Assembly (NCBI GenBank): GCA_020723995.1
Contig: DYHT01000005.1
Coordinates: forward strand, 3,211-67,210
DNA: 64,000 nt
Reading direction: 5' to 3'
From: Chloroflexus sp.
GTDB taxonomy: Bacteria > Chloroflexota > Anaerolineae > Anaerolineales > Villigracilaceae
Below the pieces are notes generated by a model that was not told the origin of the DNA, ran no database searches, and was given only the letters and a program-made list of their open reading frames with translations. Below, piece after piece: positions 40,545 through 50,177 of this stretch. The first letter of the stretch is position 1. The number at the start of each line of letters is the position of its first letter. A program made the translations under genes and the position numbers.

Positions 40545-40862
40545 CGCGCTGAGAGTAATCAAAGCGCAGTGGACTGTTTGGAGCGCTGCCGCGTCTCGTC
40601 TTTATTCGCGTCTGAAATCCAAGCGATGTAATTCCTTCTGTGTGAGGGCGGAAGTCTGTTGAAGTTCTCCCACGCCTGCGGGAAGATTGTGTAAGACGCA
40701 AAAGTCGGCTAAGCCTTCACAATATCTCCAGCGTCAGTCGCTATGTCATGGCGATGGCAGTCAGCACATCGTTTTGGCAGATACGCGGCAGCCAAGAACG
40801 TGACCGGGCAGATGGCAAAGTTTATCAGTCGCCGGAGCCGGGCGAAAGAACAAATAATCACA

Positions 40863-40895
40863 CGGCGGCTGACCACAATAACAGGTCAACCGCCG
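40863..40895 (-). terminator. Hairpin downstream of tRNA-Pro
   Basis: CGGCGGCTGACC-9 nt-GGTCAACCGCCG (12 bp, one mismatch), 8 nt from the tRNA 3' end on the minus strand. Confidence 0.55.
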
Positions 40896-40902
40896 GAAAG
40901 AG

Positions 40903-40977
40903 TCGGGGCGCCGGGAATTGAACCCGGGACCTCTTGCACCCCATGCAAGCGCGCTAGCCGGACTGCGCCACGCCCCG
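40903..40977 (-). tRNA. tRNA-Pro (anticodon GGG)
   Basis: I folded the cloverleaf by hand. The acceptor is CGGGGCG/CGCCCCG, the anticodon arm CTTGC-ATGGGGT-GCAAG and the T arm CCGGG-TTCAATT-CCCGG. The discriminator is A and no CCA is encoded. Confidence 0.9.
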
Positions 40978-40990
40978 TCAGCAGGACGGT

Positions 40991-41019
40991 ATTATAGCCG
41001 TATTTGGAAAATCTGGCAA
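40991..41019 (-). promoter_or_regulatory. Promoter TTGCCA-17 nt-TATAAT for tRNA-Pro
   Basis: Read on the minus strand. The -10 ends 13 nt before the mature tRNA 5' end. Confidence 0.6.
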
Positions 41020-41183
41020 TGTCAGCCTGACGATTGACATTCAACGCCTCATCGCGATGGGTGGATACGACAAGTGAGGATCAAACATCGTTACAATTGT
41101 CTAGATCAGGCCTTGACCTGAACAAAGCAATTGCGATATGATAGACGCTTGTGTAAATTCCCCTTTGTGTTATAAATACGTTT

Positions 41184-41705
41184 ATGACTTCCACCTGGTA
41201 TGTCTTAAACACCAAACCTTGCAAAGAAGAGTTCCTGTGGGAGCAGTGCCTTGCACGCGGGTATGAGACATTTCTCCCACGCATCCGTGCACAGACGGTA
41301 AACCCGCGTGCGAGGAAAGTAAGGCCTTACTTTCCAGGCTATATTTTTGTTAATGTGGATATTGAGCGGATCGGTATATCTACGCTGCAGTGGATGCCTG
41401 GCGCTCAACGGTTGATTTCATTCGACGGCGTGCCTGCCAGCGTGCCAGACAGTTTGATCCGAGCCATCCAAAAACGGTTGGAAGAAATCAACGCGGCTGG
41501 CGGCGAATTGTTTGATGGTTTAAAGCCAGGCGATGTGGTCTATATACAGGACGGCCTGTTTGCCGGCTATGAAGCGATCTTCGACACCAGCCTGCCCGGC
41601 AGTAAACGGGTGCGCGTGCTGCTGAAACTGTTGCAGGCTCACCGGCAAATACCGGTGGATTTACCGGCCGGACAGATCAAGCGCAAAGACCCACACAGGC
41701 TATAA
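41184..41705 (+). CDS. NusG-family paralogue (RfaH/LoaP-like antiterminator)
   Basis: It has an NGN-like N-terminus (WYVLNTKPCKEE..PYFPGYIFV) and a KOW-like segment (GDVVYIQDGLFAGYEAIF). It lies directly upstream of gmd. Confidence 0.7.
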   Translation: MTSTWYVLNTKPCKEEFLWEQCLARGYETFLPRIRAQTVNPRARKVRPYFPGYIFVNVDIERIGISTLQWMPGAQRLISFDGVPASVPDSLIRAIQKRLEEINAAGGELFDGLKPGDVVYIQDGLFAGYEAIFDTSLPGSKRVRVLLKLLQAHRQIPVDLPAGQIKRKDPHRL

Positions 41706-41756
41706 ACCATAGCGGAGCGTGGGAAGAAATTCGAGAAAGGGAATCGTAAATCCGAA

Positions 41757-42839
41757 ATGAAAAAAGCTCTCATCACCGGCATTACCGGTCAAGATGGTTC
41801 TTATCTGGCCGAGCTGTTGCTTTCGAAGGATTATGAAGTCCACGGGCTGATCCGGCGCGCCAGCACGTTCAACACCTCGCGGATCGAGCATATCTATAAA
41901 GATCCGCATAATGGTTGCGAACTGCGCAACCATAACGGGGCGCGGCTGTTCCTGCATTATGGGGATGTGACCGACACGGGCAGGCTGGTGGACCTGATCT
42001 ACGGCCTGCGCCCGGAGGAGGTCTATCACTTGGCGGCTCAGTCGCACGTGCGCGTCAGCTTCGACCTGCCTGAACACACTGGCGATGTGACCGCCTTGGG
42101 TACCATGCGTATCCTGGAGGCGATTCGTAAGAGCGGCATCCAGACGCGTTTGTACCAGGCCTCCTCCAGCGAGATGTTCGGGGCTGCCAGGCCGCCCCAA
42201 AACGAAAGCACGCCCTTCGAACCGCAAAGCCCCTATGCCACGGCCAAGGTGTATGCTTACTGGATGACGCGCAACTACCGCCAGGGTTACAAGATGTTTG
42301 CCGCCAATGGCATCTTATTCAACCATGAATCTCCCCGGCGCGGCGAGACTTTCGTTACCCGCAAGATCACACGCGCGCTGGCGGCCATAGTCGCTGGCAA
42401 GCAGAAAGACTTGTACCTGGGCAACCTGGAAGCCAGGCGGGATTGGGGCTATGCCCCGGACTACGTCGCGGCTATGTGGAAGATGCTGCAAGCCGGCGGG
42501 GCCGACGATTTCGTCATCGGCACCGGCGAAGCGCACTCAGTGCAGGAGTTCCTGGATGCCGCCTTCGGCTATGTCAACCTGGATTGGCAGGATTACGTCA
42601 AGATTGACCCGCGCTACTTCCGCCCGACGGAGGTGGACTTCCTGCAGGCGGATCCCAGTAAGGCGCGCCGGGAGCTGGGCTGGGAGCCGCGTGTGTTTTT
42701 CGGCGATCTGGTCAAGGTGATGGTTGATGCAGATATGGAGTTGTTAGGACTGGAATCGCCCGGCGATGGCAAAAAGATTCTGGAGAAATATCATGGCCAC
42801 TGGCACAGGTGGGATACGCAAGTCGTTAGTATGTCTTGA
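41757..42839 (+). CDS. gmd: GDP-mannose 4,6-dehydratase
   Basis: It starts [22 protein letters not shown] and has the YAxxK catalytic motif ([12 protein letters not shown]) and FNHESPRRG. Confidence 0.95.
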   Translation: MKKALITGITGQDGSYLAELLLSKDYEVHGLIRRASTFNTSRIEHIYKDPHNGCELRNHNGARLFLHYGDVTDTGRLVDLIYGLRPEEVYHLAAQSHVRVSFDLPEHTGDVTALGTMRILEAIRKSGIQTRLYQASSSEMFGAARPPQNESTPFEPQSPYATAKVYAYWMTRNYRQGYKMFAANGILFNHESPRRGETFVTRKITRALAAIVAGKQKDLYLGNLEARRDWGYAPDYVAAMWKMLQAGGADDFVIGTGEAHSVQEFLDAAFGYVNLDWQDYVKIDPRYFRPTEVDFLQADPSKARRELGWEPRVFFGDLVKVMVDADMELLGLESPGDGKKILEKYHGHWHRWDTQVVSMS

Positions 42840-43195
42840 AAATGAAAAAGACTATTGGTTGGACTCTTGCAATCGCCATCGGGTTGATCCTTCTATTCAT
42901 CCTTCCCAGCTTGTTCATGTTCGGGCATGGCTGGACGGGCTATGGCATGATGAGCGGTTATAGTATGATGGGATCAAGATTAGGCTTCATGCCTTTCGGA
43001 TGGATTGTTATGCTGCTAGGCTGGCTGATCCCTCTGGGGTTGCTCGTTTTGGCTGTCTATGGGATTGTCTCCCTGTTCAATGGAAATAAAGGGACAACCC
43101 CACCCGCTGAACCTGCCCTCACCTGCGCCTAGTGCGGCAAAGCGGTTCAAGCGGACTGGAAAACCTGCCCCTATTGCGGTAACTCGCTGGTATAA
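42836..43195 (+). pseudogene. Small membrane protein with a C-terminal zinc ribbon, interrupted by an in-frame TAG
   Basis: The ORF ends ..TCA-TAG (43130-43132). The same frame continues CGKAVQADWKTCPYCGNSLV*, so the stop sits inside the first CxxC knuckle. Confidence 0.5.
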
Positions 43196-43206
43196 GGAGC
43201 CGCGAC

Positions 43207-43467
43207 GTGTGCTGTGGCGGACACCCTAATCATCTTCTAACCCCGCTGACGGTCGTCCACACTCATACCCTCGACCGGACAGAGCAACATCTGGCAGCCA
43301 GACAAGCCCTCTGCCCTGACTGCCAGATGCCGGTCTCTTCAGATTTCACCTGGTGTCCGCGCTGCGGGACGTCACTCAAGGCGCGCCCTTGCACCTACTG
43401 CGGGCAATTGCTCCAGCCGATGGATTGAGCTTGCGCCCACTGTGGTGCGGCGACAGGAACAAAGTGA
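43207..43467 (+). pseudogene. Double zinc-ribbon protein interrupted by an in-frame TGA
   Basis: The knuckles CPDC..CPRC..CTYC are followed by TGA (43426-43428). The same frame then continues ACAHCGAATGTK*, which holds the fourth CxxC. Confidence 0.45.
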
Positions 43468-43493
43468 CAATCCTCAATAGGCGGAAAATCCAC

Positions 43494-43522
43494 CAACTGA
43501 TGGCGGTATTTCAAGGTATAAT
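43494..43522 (+). promoter_or_regulatory. Putative promoter with consensus -10 TATAAT ending 6 nt before the ATG
   Basis: TATAAT is at 43517-43522 and the ATG at 43529. The -35 is poor. Confidence 0.4.
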
Positions 43523-43528
43523 GTCCCT

Positions 43529-44683
43529 ATGATCCCCCGCACAGCCCTTCTCCAAACCGTCCAGCGCGCCCTTGAACGCAGCCGGGTGGTCGCCCTGATT
43601 GGTGCGCGCCAGTGCGGCAAGACCACCCTGGCACGCCAACTGGTTTCCCCCAATTCAGTCAATTACTTCGACCTGGAAGACCCCTTCAGCTTGGCACGAC
43701 TCGACCAGCCCATGACCACGCTGCAAGAAATGCGCGGGTTGGTAGTCATTGATGAAATCCAGCGCCGTCCCGACCTGTTTCCTGTGCTGCGTGTCCTGTG
43801 CGACCGGGACCCCCTGCCCGCTCGCTTTCTTATTTTGGGGAGCGCTTCACCCGCGCTCCTGCGCCAATCATCCGAATCACTCGCCGGGCGCGTGACGACC
43901 ATCCCCATGAGCGGTTTCAGCCTGGGTGAGGTGGGCATTACCGCGCAGGCACAACATTGGCGGCGGGGTGGTTTTCCGCTCTCTTTTCTAGCGGCATCCG
44001 AAGAAGAGAGCCTCGACTGGCGCAAGGATTTTGTCCTCACTTTCCTGGAGCGCGATGTGCCGCAGTTTGGATTCAATATCCCAGCGACCAGCCTGTTTCG
44101 TTTTTGGAATGTACTGGCGCATTATCACGGGCAGGTTTGGAACACTGCCGAAGCCGCCCGCACCCTGAACATCGGCGCAACCACCGCGCGCCGCTACCTG
44201 GATTTGTTGCAGGACTTATTCATGGTACGCCAACTTCAACCCTGGCACGCCAACCTGGGCAAGCGACAAGTCAAATCACCCAAAATATATATTCGGGACA
44301 CAGGCCTGCTGCATTATCTGCTGGGCATCCGCTCCGAACAGGAACTTGCCCTGCACCCGCGCAGCGGGGCTTCTTGGGAAGGCTATGTAATTGAAGAAAC
44401 GATAAAAGCGGTCGCGCCGGAAGAAGCCTGCTTTTGGGCTACTCATTCAGGTGCTGAACTGGATTTGCTGCTGATCAAGAATGGTCAGCGCATTGGGGTG
44501 GAGTGCAAACGCATGGACGCGCCGCGCCTGACGCCATCCATGAGTATTGCCCTGCAAGACTTGCAATTGGACCGGCTGGTGGTGCTGTATCCGGGGCCGC
44601 ACCCCTACCAATTGGATGAGAAAATCAAGGTACTGCCATTGACAACTCTTGCAGAGAAAACATCTGACCTGATGGTTTCTTGA
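43529..44683 (+). CDS. AAA_14 / DUF4143 family ATPase (paralogue c)
   Basis: It has a Walker A motif (GARQCGKT) and a C-terminal block IYIRDTGLLH..ELDLL..VECK (D...ExK). Confidence 0.85.
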   Translation: MIPRTALLQTVQRALERSRVVALIGARQCGKTTLARQLVSPNSVNYFDLEDPFSLARLDQPMTTLQEMRGLVVIDEIQRRPDLFPVLRVLCDRDPLPARFLILGSASPALLRQSSESLAGRVTTIPMSGFSLGEVGITAQAQHWRRGGFPLSFLAASEEESLDWRKDFVLTFLERDVPQFGFNIPATSLFRFWNVLAHYHGQVWNTAEAARTLNIGATTARRYLDLLQDLFMVRQLQPWHANLGKRQVKSPKIYIRDTGLLHYLLGIRSEQELALHPRSGASWEGYVIEETIKAVAPEEACFWATHSGAELDLLLIKNGQRIGVECKRMDAPRLTPSMSIALQDLQLDRLVVLYPGPHPYQLDEKIKVLPLTTLAEKTSDLMVS

Positions 44684-44781
44684 CCCCCTCCCATCCGTGC
44701 TTGCCTCCGCGCACCCCGTCACAATACATCCCCTGAAACAGTACTTTTCCCGCTATCAGGGACGATAGCTCTGCCAGCCAT

Positions 44782-44807
44782 AAAAAAAGCCTCCGAAAAG
44801 GGGCTTT
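44782..44807 (-). terminator. Intrinsic terminator after tRNA-Lys
   Basis: On the minus strand it reads AAAGCCCC-TTTTCG-GAGGCTTT followed by T7. Confidence 0.75.
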
Positions 44808-44809
44808 AG

Positions 44810-44882
44810 TGACCGACCAGGGACTCGAACCCTGAACCGATTGATTAAGAGTCAATTGCTCTGCCAGTTGAGCTAGTCGGCC
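44810..44882 (-). tRNA. tRNA-Lys (anticodon CTT)
   Basis: I folded the cloverleaf by hand. The acceptor is GGCCGAC/GTCGGTC, the anticodon arm ATTGA-CTCTTAA-TCAAT and the T arm CAGGG-TTCGAGT-CCCTG. No CCA is encoded. Confidence 0.9.
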
Positions 44883-44893
44883 ATGCGGTCGGT

Positions 44894-44921
44894 ATTATAC
44901 CGCAAAGGGAAGAGGTGTCAA
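44894..44921 (-). promoter_or_regulatory. Promoter TTGACA-16 nt-TATAAT for tRNA-Lys
   Basis: Read on the minus strand. The -10 ends 11 nt before the tRNA 5' end. Confidence 0.6.
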
Positions 44922-44935
44922 TGATGAGGCATCTC

Positions 44936-47305
44936 CTAAAATAACTTCATCTGCTCCGGTGGCTCGATCGGATCTGCGCTCAGCTCTTTAGCCCATCTTT
45001 CACGTGTCAGATTTGGCGTCTCGGCCAGGCGCCGCAGGTGACGGAATTTGAGCACGCGCCATCCGCCTCGCCAAATTTCTCCCAGAGAGGGATCGCGGCG
45101 CAGTTTGCATGCCAGCAGCCCGGCGCGGCCGCCAGGGATCACCAGCAGGCTGCGCTCGGGTGGATAGGGGTTCTCGCGTAGGATCTGGCCGGCAGCCGCT
45201 GAAGCCAGCAGGTAGAAGGCATAAGCCGGTTTTCCTTTTTCCTGCCACAGCAGCAGCCGGCGGGTACCTTCAGGCCGGAGAGTCGTGTATTTCAAGCGAG
45301 TGGCGAGGGCCTCCAACGCGTGGCTGGCAGTCTTCAAGTCAGCGTGGCGGACGGAGGCGGAATCCTCGGCGCGCAGATGCCACTCTCCATTTGATTCAGT
45401 CGCATAAGATGTCAATACTTCCTTGATAATGCTGAGCGATGGCGTAAACAGGCCAGGCAGGTGGGTGTAGAGGTTTATTTCGAGTTCGCGCTGGGTGCAT
45501 TCGGGATGCTCCTGCAAAAACTGAACGACGGCCATTTCCGCCCGGTCAGGCAACGGTTCGTTCTCCTGGGAATATTCATGCAAGCCCCATAATCCGACCT
45601 CCAGGCTGTGCTGGCTGCCATCGTGACGGAGGTGGGCCTGCGCAGTGAGCGCCTGCTGGATCGGCGTGTGGATTTGGGATAGAGCGTCCTCACGCCAGGT
45701 CAGAGCATGGTTTTCAGCCTGGGCAGAAAGGCCGGCCGCGTGCAGGTGCAGGTAAGTGACCGGTTCGCCGCGTTCCTTCAGATAGGTGTGCATGGCACAG
45801 CCGGCTGAAGATGGGTCAAACTCTTCAGTAGCTCGGAGCGTGAAGGCCCGCCGCTGCCAGAGAAGCTGGATCGGGTCGTGGCGGGTGCGGATGGCGATGC
45901 CGTGCAAATCAAAACCGGCCGAGGCGGTTGCCAGCATCACCGCGGATAGGAAGGAAGGTTCCGGCTCGGCAACCAGCGCGAAGAACGGCGCGTTGAGCGG
46001 AATGTGCGGGGCGAGGTTTTTAAACGCCGCGTACAGCGCCGCGGCGTGCCAGTTCCAGTCAAAGCGACGACGACGCAGGACACGCTTGAACGGGGCGGCG
46101 GCCTCACGTCCCCACAACCAGCCGGCCCACAAGGCTGATAGAGTCCAGAAGGCCTGGTTGGGGCGCGGCAGTGCGGTTAAGATGACTTGGATAGGTGTTT
46201 CTTTCAGGCGCGGCGCCAGTTCACGCAACGGGCCTTCGAACAGGCAAATGCCGCCGCTTTTGGGCGGGGAGGCAGGCCAGACCGTCAGCGGAACAGGCGG
46301 CGACTCGCCGGCCCAGCTCTCTACACCCCTTTCAAGCGCCAGCCAGATATTGTTCTCGCGAAAGCGCGGCGGAATGGTCAACTGTTTCGGGCGCGGACGT
46401 TCAGCCGGGTGCGGCCAGAGAGTGTTGCCTTCGTCGCAGGCGGTCAGGATCAAGGCCAGCAGGCAGCGGCGGCGTTCGGCCGATAGCGAAAGGCCATCCA
46501 GTTTGTTAATGATGGTGACTAGGGCATAGACGGCGCGCGGCAGGTAACATTCCAGCGCTTCCTCGGCATGAACGCGATCCGGGTCTTCTCGATGGGCGAC
46601 GCGCTCCAGAGCGCGCGCACGGTGCAGGGTCGCAGTAGCGGCCAATTGCGCGGCATGTCGCCAATCGGCGGGAGTAGACTGGCGCTCGCCGCTTTCCCCG
46701 CATTGTGGGCAATGCAGGATGCGCGCCAGAGGAGCTTCGCCGCCGCGTTCCCAAATAAAAGCCTCGGCCGGGAGGCTGCGCTGGCATTTACTGCACTCGG
46801 TAAGGTAAAGGGATTGCAGATGGGTTTCCAACCGCTCTTCGCCTTTGCGGGAAACGGCCAGATCGGCCAACGCGGCCTGCAGGTCAGATTTGGAAGGCGG
46901 CGCGGCAGCTAGATCCAGTTGGAAACGTATCACCGGGTTGTTGACGGCCACCAGTACGCGATAACCGGCACGCGCCATTTCGACCGCCAAGCGGGGCGAG
47001 GCTCCGAACGGGTCCAGCACCCAGGCTCCGAGCGTCGCCCCGAGCTGTAGCACTGAGCGTTCGCCTGAGCGCTCATGCCGGAGACTTGCCGTCTCGTACC
47101 TGAGGGCCGCCGTTGCGCGCCTGTCCTGGCGGTCAGGCCAGGGCGGCTCGAACGGAGTCGAATTGCTATCGAGGATGCCCGCGTGCTGCGCTAAAAACGT
47201 CGCAGCGATGCCCTCCGGAACGGGCGGCAGGTAGCGCGCCAGCGGCTCTGGGCGAGCCGGTTCATCTCCCGGAATAAATGGCAATGCGGAGAAAATGTCC
47301 ATCAA
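44936..47305 (-). CDS. Large conserved-hypothetical protein with a methyltransferase-like motif and a zinc ribbon
   Basis: 789-aa ORF. VLDPFGASPRLAVEMARAGYRVL resembles the DPFxGSG AdoMet motif but is degenerate. A zinc-ribbon pattern CSKC...CPQC is present. No other family was recognised. Confidence 0.5.
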   Translation of the reverse strand: MMDIFSALPFIPGDEPARPEPLARYLPPVPEGIAATFLAQHAGILDSNSTPFEPPWPDRQDRRATAALRYETASLRHERSGERSVLQLGATLGAWVLDPFGASPRLAVEMARAGYRVLVAVNNPVIRFQLDLAAAPPSKSDLQAALADLAVSRKGEERLETHLQSLYLTECSKCQRSLPAEAFIWERGGEAPLARILHCPQCGESGERQSTPADWRHAAQLAATATLHRARALERVAHREDPDRVHAEEALECYLPRAVYALVTIINKLDGLSLSAERRRCLLALILTACDEGNTLWPHPAERPRPKQLTIPPRFRENNIWLALERGVESWAGESPPVPLTVWPASPPKSGGICLFEGPLRELAPRLKETPIQVILTALPRPNQAFWTLSALWAGWLWGREAAAPFKRVLRRRRFDWNWHAAALYAAFKNLAPHIPLNAPFFALVAEPEPSFLSAVMLATASAGFDLHGIAIRTRHDPIQLLWQRRAFTLRATEEFDPSSAGCAMHTYLKERGEPVTYLHLHAAGLSAQAENHALTWREDALSQIHTPIQQALTAQAHLRHDGSQHSLEVGLWGLHEYSQENEPLPDRAEMAVVQFLQEHPECTQRELEINLYTHLPGLFTPSLSIIKEVLTSYATESNGEWHLRAEDSASVRHADLKTASHALEALATRLKYTTLRPEGTRRLLLWQEKGKPAYAFYLLASAAAGQILRENPYPPERSLLVIPGGRAGLLACKLRRDPSLGEIWRGGWRVLKFRHLRRLAETPNLTRERWAKELSADPIEPPEQMKLF

Positions 47306-47439
47306 ATGTTAGTATAATGATTTGGTAGGAAAAAGCAATCCTTTTCCTCGTTGGTTGTATCAATTTTTTAATTGCGTGCTATCATATGCGAGATGGACCC
47401 ATTGGACAAATGACTGTCACTTTGCACAATTGGTAGATT

Positions 47440-48903
47440 ATGCCTAAATCTGACCTCGTTTTGCTGGCGCTAGATAATCCTGATATCCTGCCTTTATTCG
47501 AACGGGCACTGGCTGCCGCATCTTATCAGGTGGCAATTGCTCATGATCGGGCTGCGCTCGACAAAATATTGCAGGAGACATCGCCTGCTTTGTTGATCAT
47601 CGGCGATATTTTCAAAGAAGGCAGCGGGATAGAAATTTCTGCCGCACTGCTCGAACGCTTGCCGACCTTACCCATCCTTCTGTTTGTCACTCAGGACTTG
47701 CCGGCAACAACCAGAGCTGCGCTGCGTGTTGGAATCAGCGATACCCTTACCCCACCGCTGCGGATTGACGATATCATACGCACCGTAGAAAACAGCCTGA
47801 AGCGCGCGCAACGCATCGGAGATTGGACCCGGCGCGAGGTCAAGCGTACAACCGCATCACTGGAGAAACGAGTCAACGAGTTACAAAAACTTGAAACCAT
47901 CTTCAATCACATCGAAGATGGTGTCATCATCCTGGACAAGGGGCACCGGATTCTCTTGCTGAATCCGGCTGCGCGAAGAACATTTGCTCTCGGACAGACG
48001 AAATTACCCGGCAAGAATATCCTGGATGTAATCGAGCATCCGGCCTTGCATTCGCTATTGAATACTGCTGTGGATTATCCGCAGCAGTATTATGAGATTG
48101 GTTTCGAAGATGGCCGCGTCTTCAACGCGCAGTATACGCCCATCCCTGACATCGGCGTGGCCATTACGATGCAGGAAATAACTTACTTGAAACGAATTGA
48201 CCAGATGAAGAGTGATTTCGTTCACGCAGTTTCACATGATTTGCGCTCGCCGCTCACGGCTATTCTTGGCTACGTTGAACTGCTCGACCGCGTCGGGCCG
48301 CTCAACGACCAGCAGCGCGAATTCGTCCGGCGTGTGCGGGTTAGCGTGCATAATATAACCACCCTGGTCAATGACCTGTTGGACTTGGGGCGTATCGAAA
48401 GCGGGTTTGAAGGCCAGAAAGAGATCGTCACGCTGGATGGGATCCTGAACTATACCCTGGATAGCCTGAACAACCAGATCCTCGAAAAAAAACAGCATGT
48501 TCACGTTGAGCTGCCTCCGCAGATCCCCTCGCTGCGCGGCGACCCGACCCACCTGCGACAGATGCTGGATAACTTGATCGGGAATTCCATTAAGTATACG
48601 CCCGATGGAGGCATTATCCGGGTGAGAGTCGAGGTGAATGAAGGACAGATCATCCTGCGGGTTTCGGACACCGGCCCGGGCATTCCGCCGGCCGACCAAT
48701 CCCATATCTTCGAGAAGTTCTACCGTGCCAGCAACGTGGTAGACAATGTGCAAGGCTCTGGCCTCGGGTTGGCCATTGTCAAATCCATTGTGGATACTCA
48801 TAAAGGCCGCATCTGGGTAGAATCAGTTCTTGGGCAGGGCGCGACGTTCACTGTTGTCCTGCCTGCTTATCGCCCGGAAGATGTAAAAAAGCCTTCTGCT
48901 TAA
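47440..48903 (+). CDS. Sensor histidine kinase with an N-terminal receiver-like domain and a PAS-like segment
   Basis: It has the H-box FVHAVSHDLRSPL, the N-box NLIGNSIKYT, G1 DTGPGI and G2 GSGLGLAIV. Confidence 0.9.
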   Translation: MPKSDLVLLALDNPDILPLFERALAAASYQVAIAHDRAALDKILQETSPALLIIGDIFKEGSGIEISAALLERLPTLPILLFVTQDLPATTRAALRVGISDTLTPPLRIDDIIRTVENSLKRAQRIGDWTRREVKRTTASLEKRVNELQKLETIFNHIEDGVIILDKGHRILLLNPAARRTFALGQTKLPGKNILDVIEHPALHSLLNTAVDYPQQYYEIGFEDGRVFNAQYTPIPDIGVAITMQEITYLKRIDQMKSDFVHAVSHDLRSPLTAILGYVELLDRVGPLNDQQREFVRRVRVSVHNITTLVNDLLDLGRIESGFEGQKEIVTLDGILNYTLDSLNNQILEKKQHVHVELPPQIPSLRGDPTHLRQMLDNLIGNSIKYTPDGGIIRVRVEVNEGQIILRVSDTGPGIPPADQSHIFEKFYRASNVVDNVQGSGLGLAIVKSIVDTHKGRIWVESVLGQGATFTVVLPAYRPEDVKKPSA

Positions 48904-49092
48904 TAATCGTACCTGCTCAAGCATCCCTAAAAAAGACCCTAAAGGTTTCCTTTGCTGGAAAAGACGCTCGGCAAGTATGTGCGCCAGGCCGAAATTTGTC
49001 TCGGTGGATGGGGAGGGGGTTACTCTAGAACGGTCAAGCATATACTGATAGACTATGAGCAGATGACGGCGACCATGATTGGACATAGCGGA

Positions 49093-49785
49093 TTAGTTCT
49101 CGTCCTGAGGGTTCAATATCGAGGTGATCGGTTGACCCTCGGGGATGGTCTCTGAGCCGGACAGTTGCTGGCTGAGACGTGAGAGTGAGCGCTCGAGGTG
49201 TTCCCCGCGCTGGCTGAAGGTCAGGTCGCCGCGTGTGCGCTCGATGATGCTACGGGCTACATCTGTTTGGCGGCGCAGGCCACTGGTGATGGCGTCGGGA
49301 TAATCCATCGTGACCAGCACCGAATAGATGTCGTCCATGTGATTGAGCAGGCCTTCGGCTTCCTCGGAGTAGCCGTGCCGCAGGATGTCGAGGCAACGGC
49401 GGCGTAGTTCACCAACCACCTCCGCCAGGCCGTTCATGTAGGTAGGATGGATCACCCCCAAGTCATCCGGGGTGGGTAACGGTTGATGTTGGATCAAGGC
49501 GCATGCGATATTGGCCTCGACGTACTCTTTGAGGGCATCCTGCGTGTAACCTGCGTAGTAAAGGTCAGGATACTGAGCCAGGTCGCAGCGCAGGGTCCCG
49601 GCCAATGTGCGAGCTTCGTTGAGATGTTCTTGCATTACATCCGTCTCGTCGCGGTGGACGGCGCGGATGGCCAGCGCGCAGTGACGCGTCAGGGCGCGGG
49701 CTTGCGCCAGCGCCTTGTCACGCGCCGCAGTTTTGACGTCAAAACTTTGCCGAATTTGGTCGGCGATTTCTTCTAGTTTTTGCAT
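49093..49785 (-). CDS. Translin-family protein
   Basis: A 230-aa helical protein. TYMNGLAEVVGELRRRCLDILR and GLRRQTDVARSIIERTRGDL match the conserved translin segments by eye. Confidence 0.65.
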   Translation of the reverse strand: MQKLEEIADQIRQSFDVKTAARDKALAQARALTRHCALAIRAVHRDETDVMQEHLNEARTLAGTLRCDLAQYPDLYYAGYTQDALKEYVEANIACALIQHQPLPTPDDLGVIHPTYMNGLAEVVGELRRRCLDILRHGYSEEAEGLLNHMDDIYSVLVTMDYPDAITSGLRRQTDVARSIIERTRGDLTFSQRGEHLERSLSRLSQQLSGSETIPEGQPITSILNPQDEN

Positions 49786-49794
49786 GGAAGCTAT

Positions 49795-50127
49795 TTATTT
49801 CTCTTCTTTTGGCGGTTCGGGTGGCTGGAAGGGTCGAAAAAGATGTTCAGCCAGCGACGAATTGCCAGGGACGGCAATCACGCCGAAGGCAGCCTCGTAG
49901 CGCGCCAGGTTCTCACCCAGCGCCCGGTGCAGCAGCTTGGCGCTCAGGGGCGACATCAGGATACGAGCGCCGACGTTCGCCTTGGTCTCGCCGGGCAGGA
50001 GGTGGGCAAAGTCAAACACCAGATCGGCCGGGGAGTGGGCAATGCGCACCAGATTGGCGTAGACGATTTTTAATTCTGCGGACACTTCCAGGATAGGCGC
50101 GGCAGGCCGAGGAGGGGGGAGAGTCAT
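49795..50127 (-). CDS. DUF3467-domain protein
   Basis: It has YANLVRIAHSPADLVFDF..ARILMSPLSAKLLHRAL..YEAAFG, typical of DUF3467. Confidence 0.75.
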   Translation of the reverse strand: MTLPPPRPAAPILEVSAELKIVYANLVRIAHSPADLVFDFAHLLPGETKANVGARILMSPLSAKLLHRALGENLARYEAAFGVIAVPGNSSLAEHLFRPFQPPEPPKEEK

Positions 50128-50177
50128 GTCAATCTCCAGATAAGTTTAGAAGCAATACTCTTTAGATAGGGTTGCCA

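Noticed and set aside
40254-40562. A 102-aa minus-strand ORF and a possible CRISPR-like repeat.
   Set aside because: The ORF is generated by two identical 105-bp tandem units, so its peptide is internally duplicated. There are no spacers, and each unit is a hairpin-bounded element.
43426-43428. TGA as selenocysteine, and TAG at 43130 as pyrrolysine, in the Zn-ribbon ORFs.
   Set aside because: No SECIS-like hairpin is evident immediately downstream. No sel or pyl genes are in the window. Neighbouring regions contain several other plainly decayed genes, so nonsense mutation is the simpler explanation.
44684-44809. A partial duplicate of tRNA-Lys (att-like) downstream of ATPase paralogue c. GCTCTGCCAG, CAGGGAC and CCCTGAA matches to the tRNA are present.
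   Set aside because: The matches are short (7-10 nt) and not collinear with the tRNA, so they may be chance. I did not count this as evidence for an att site.
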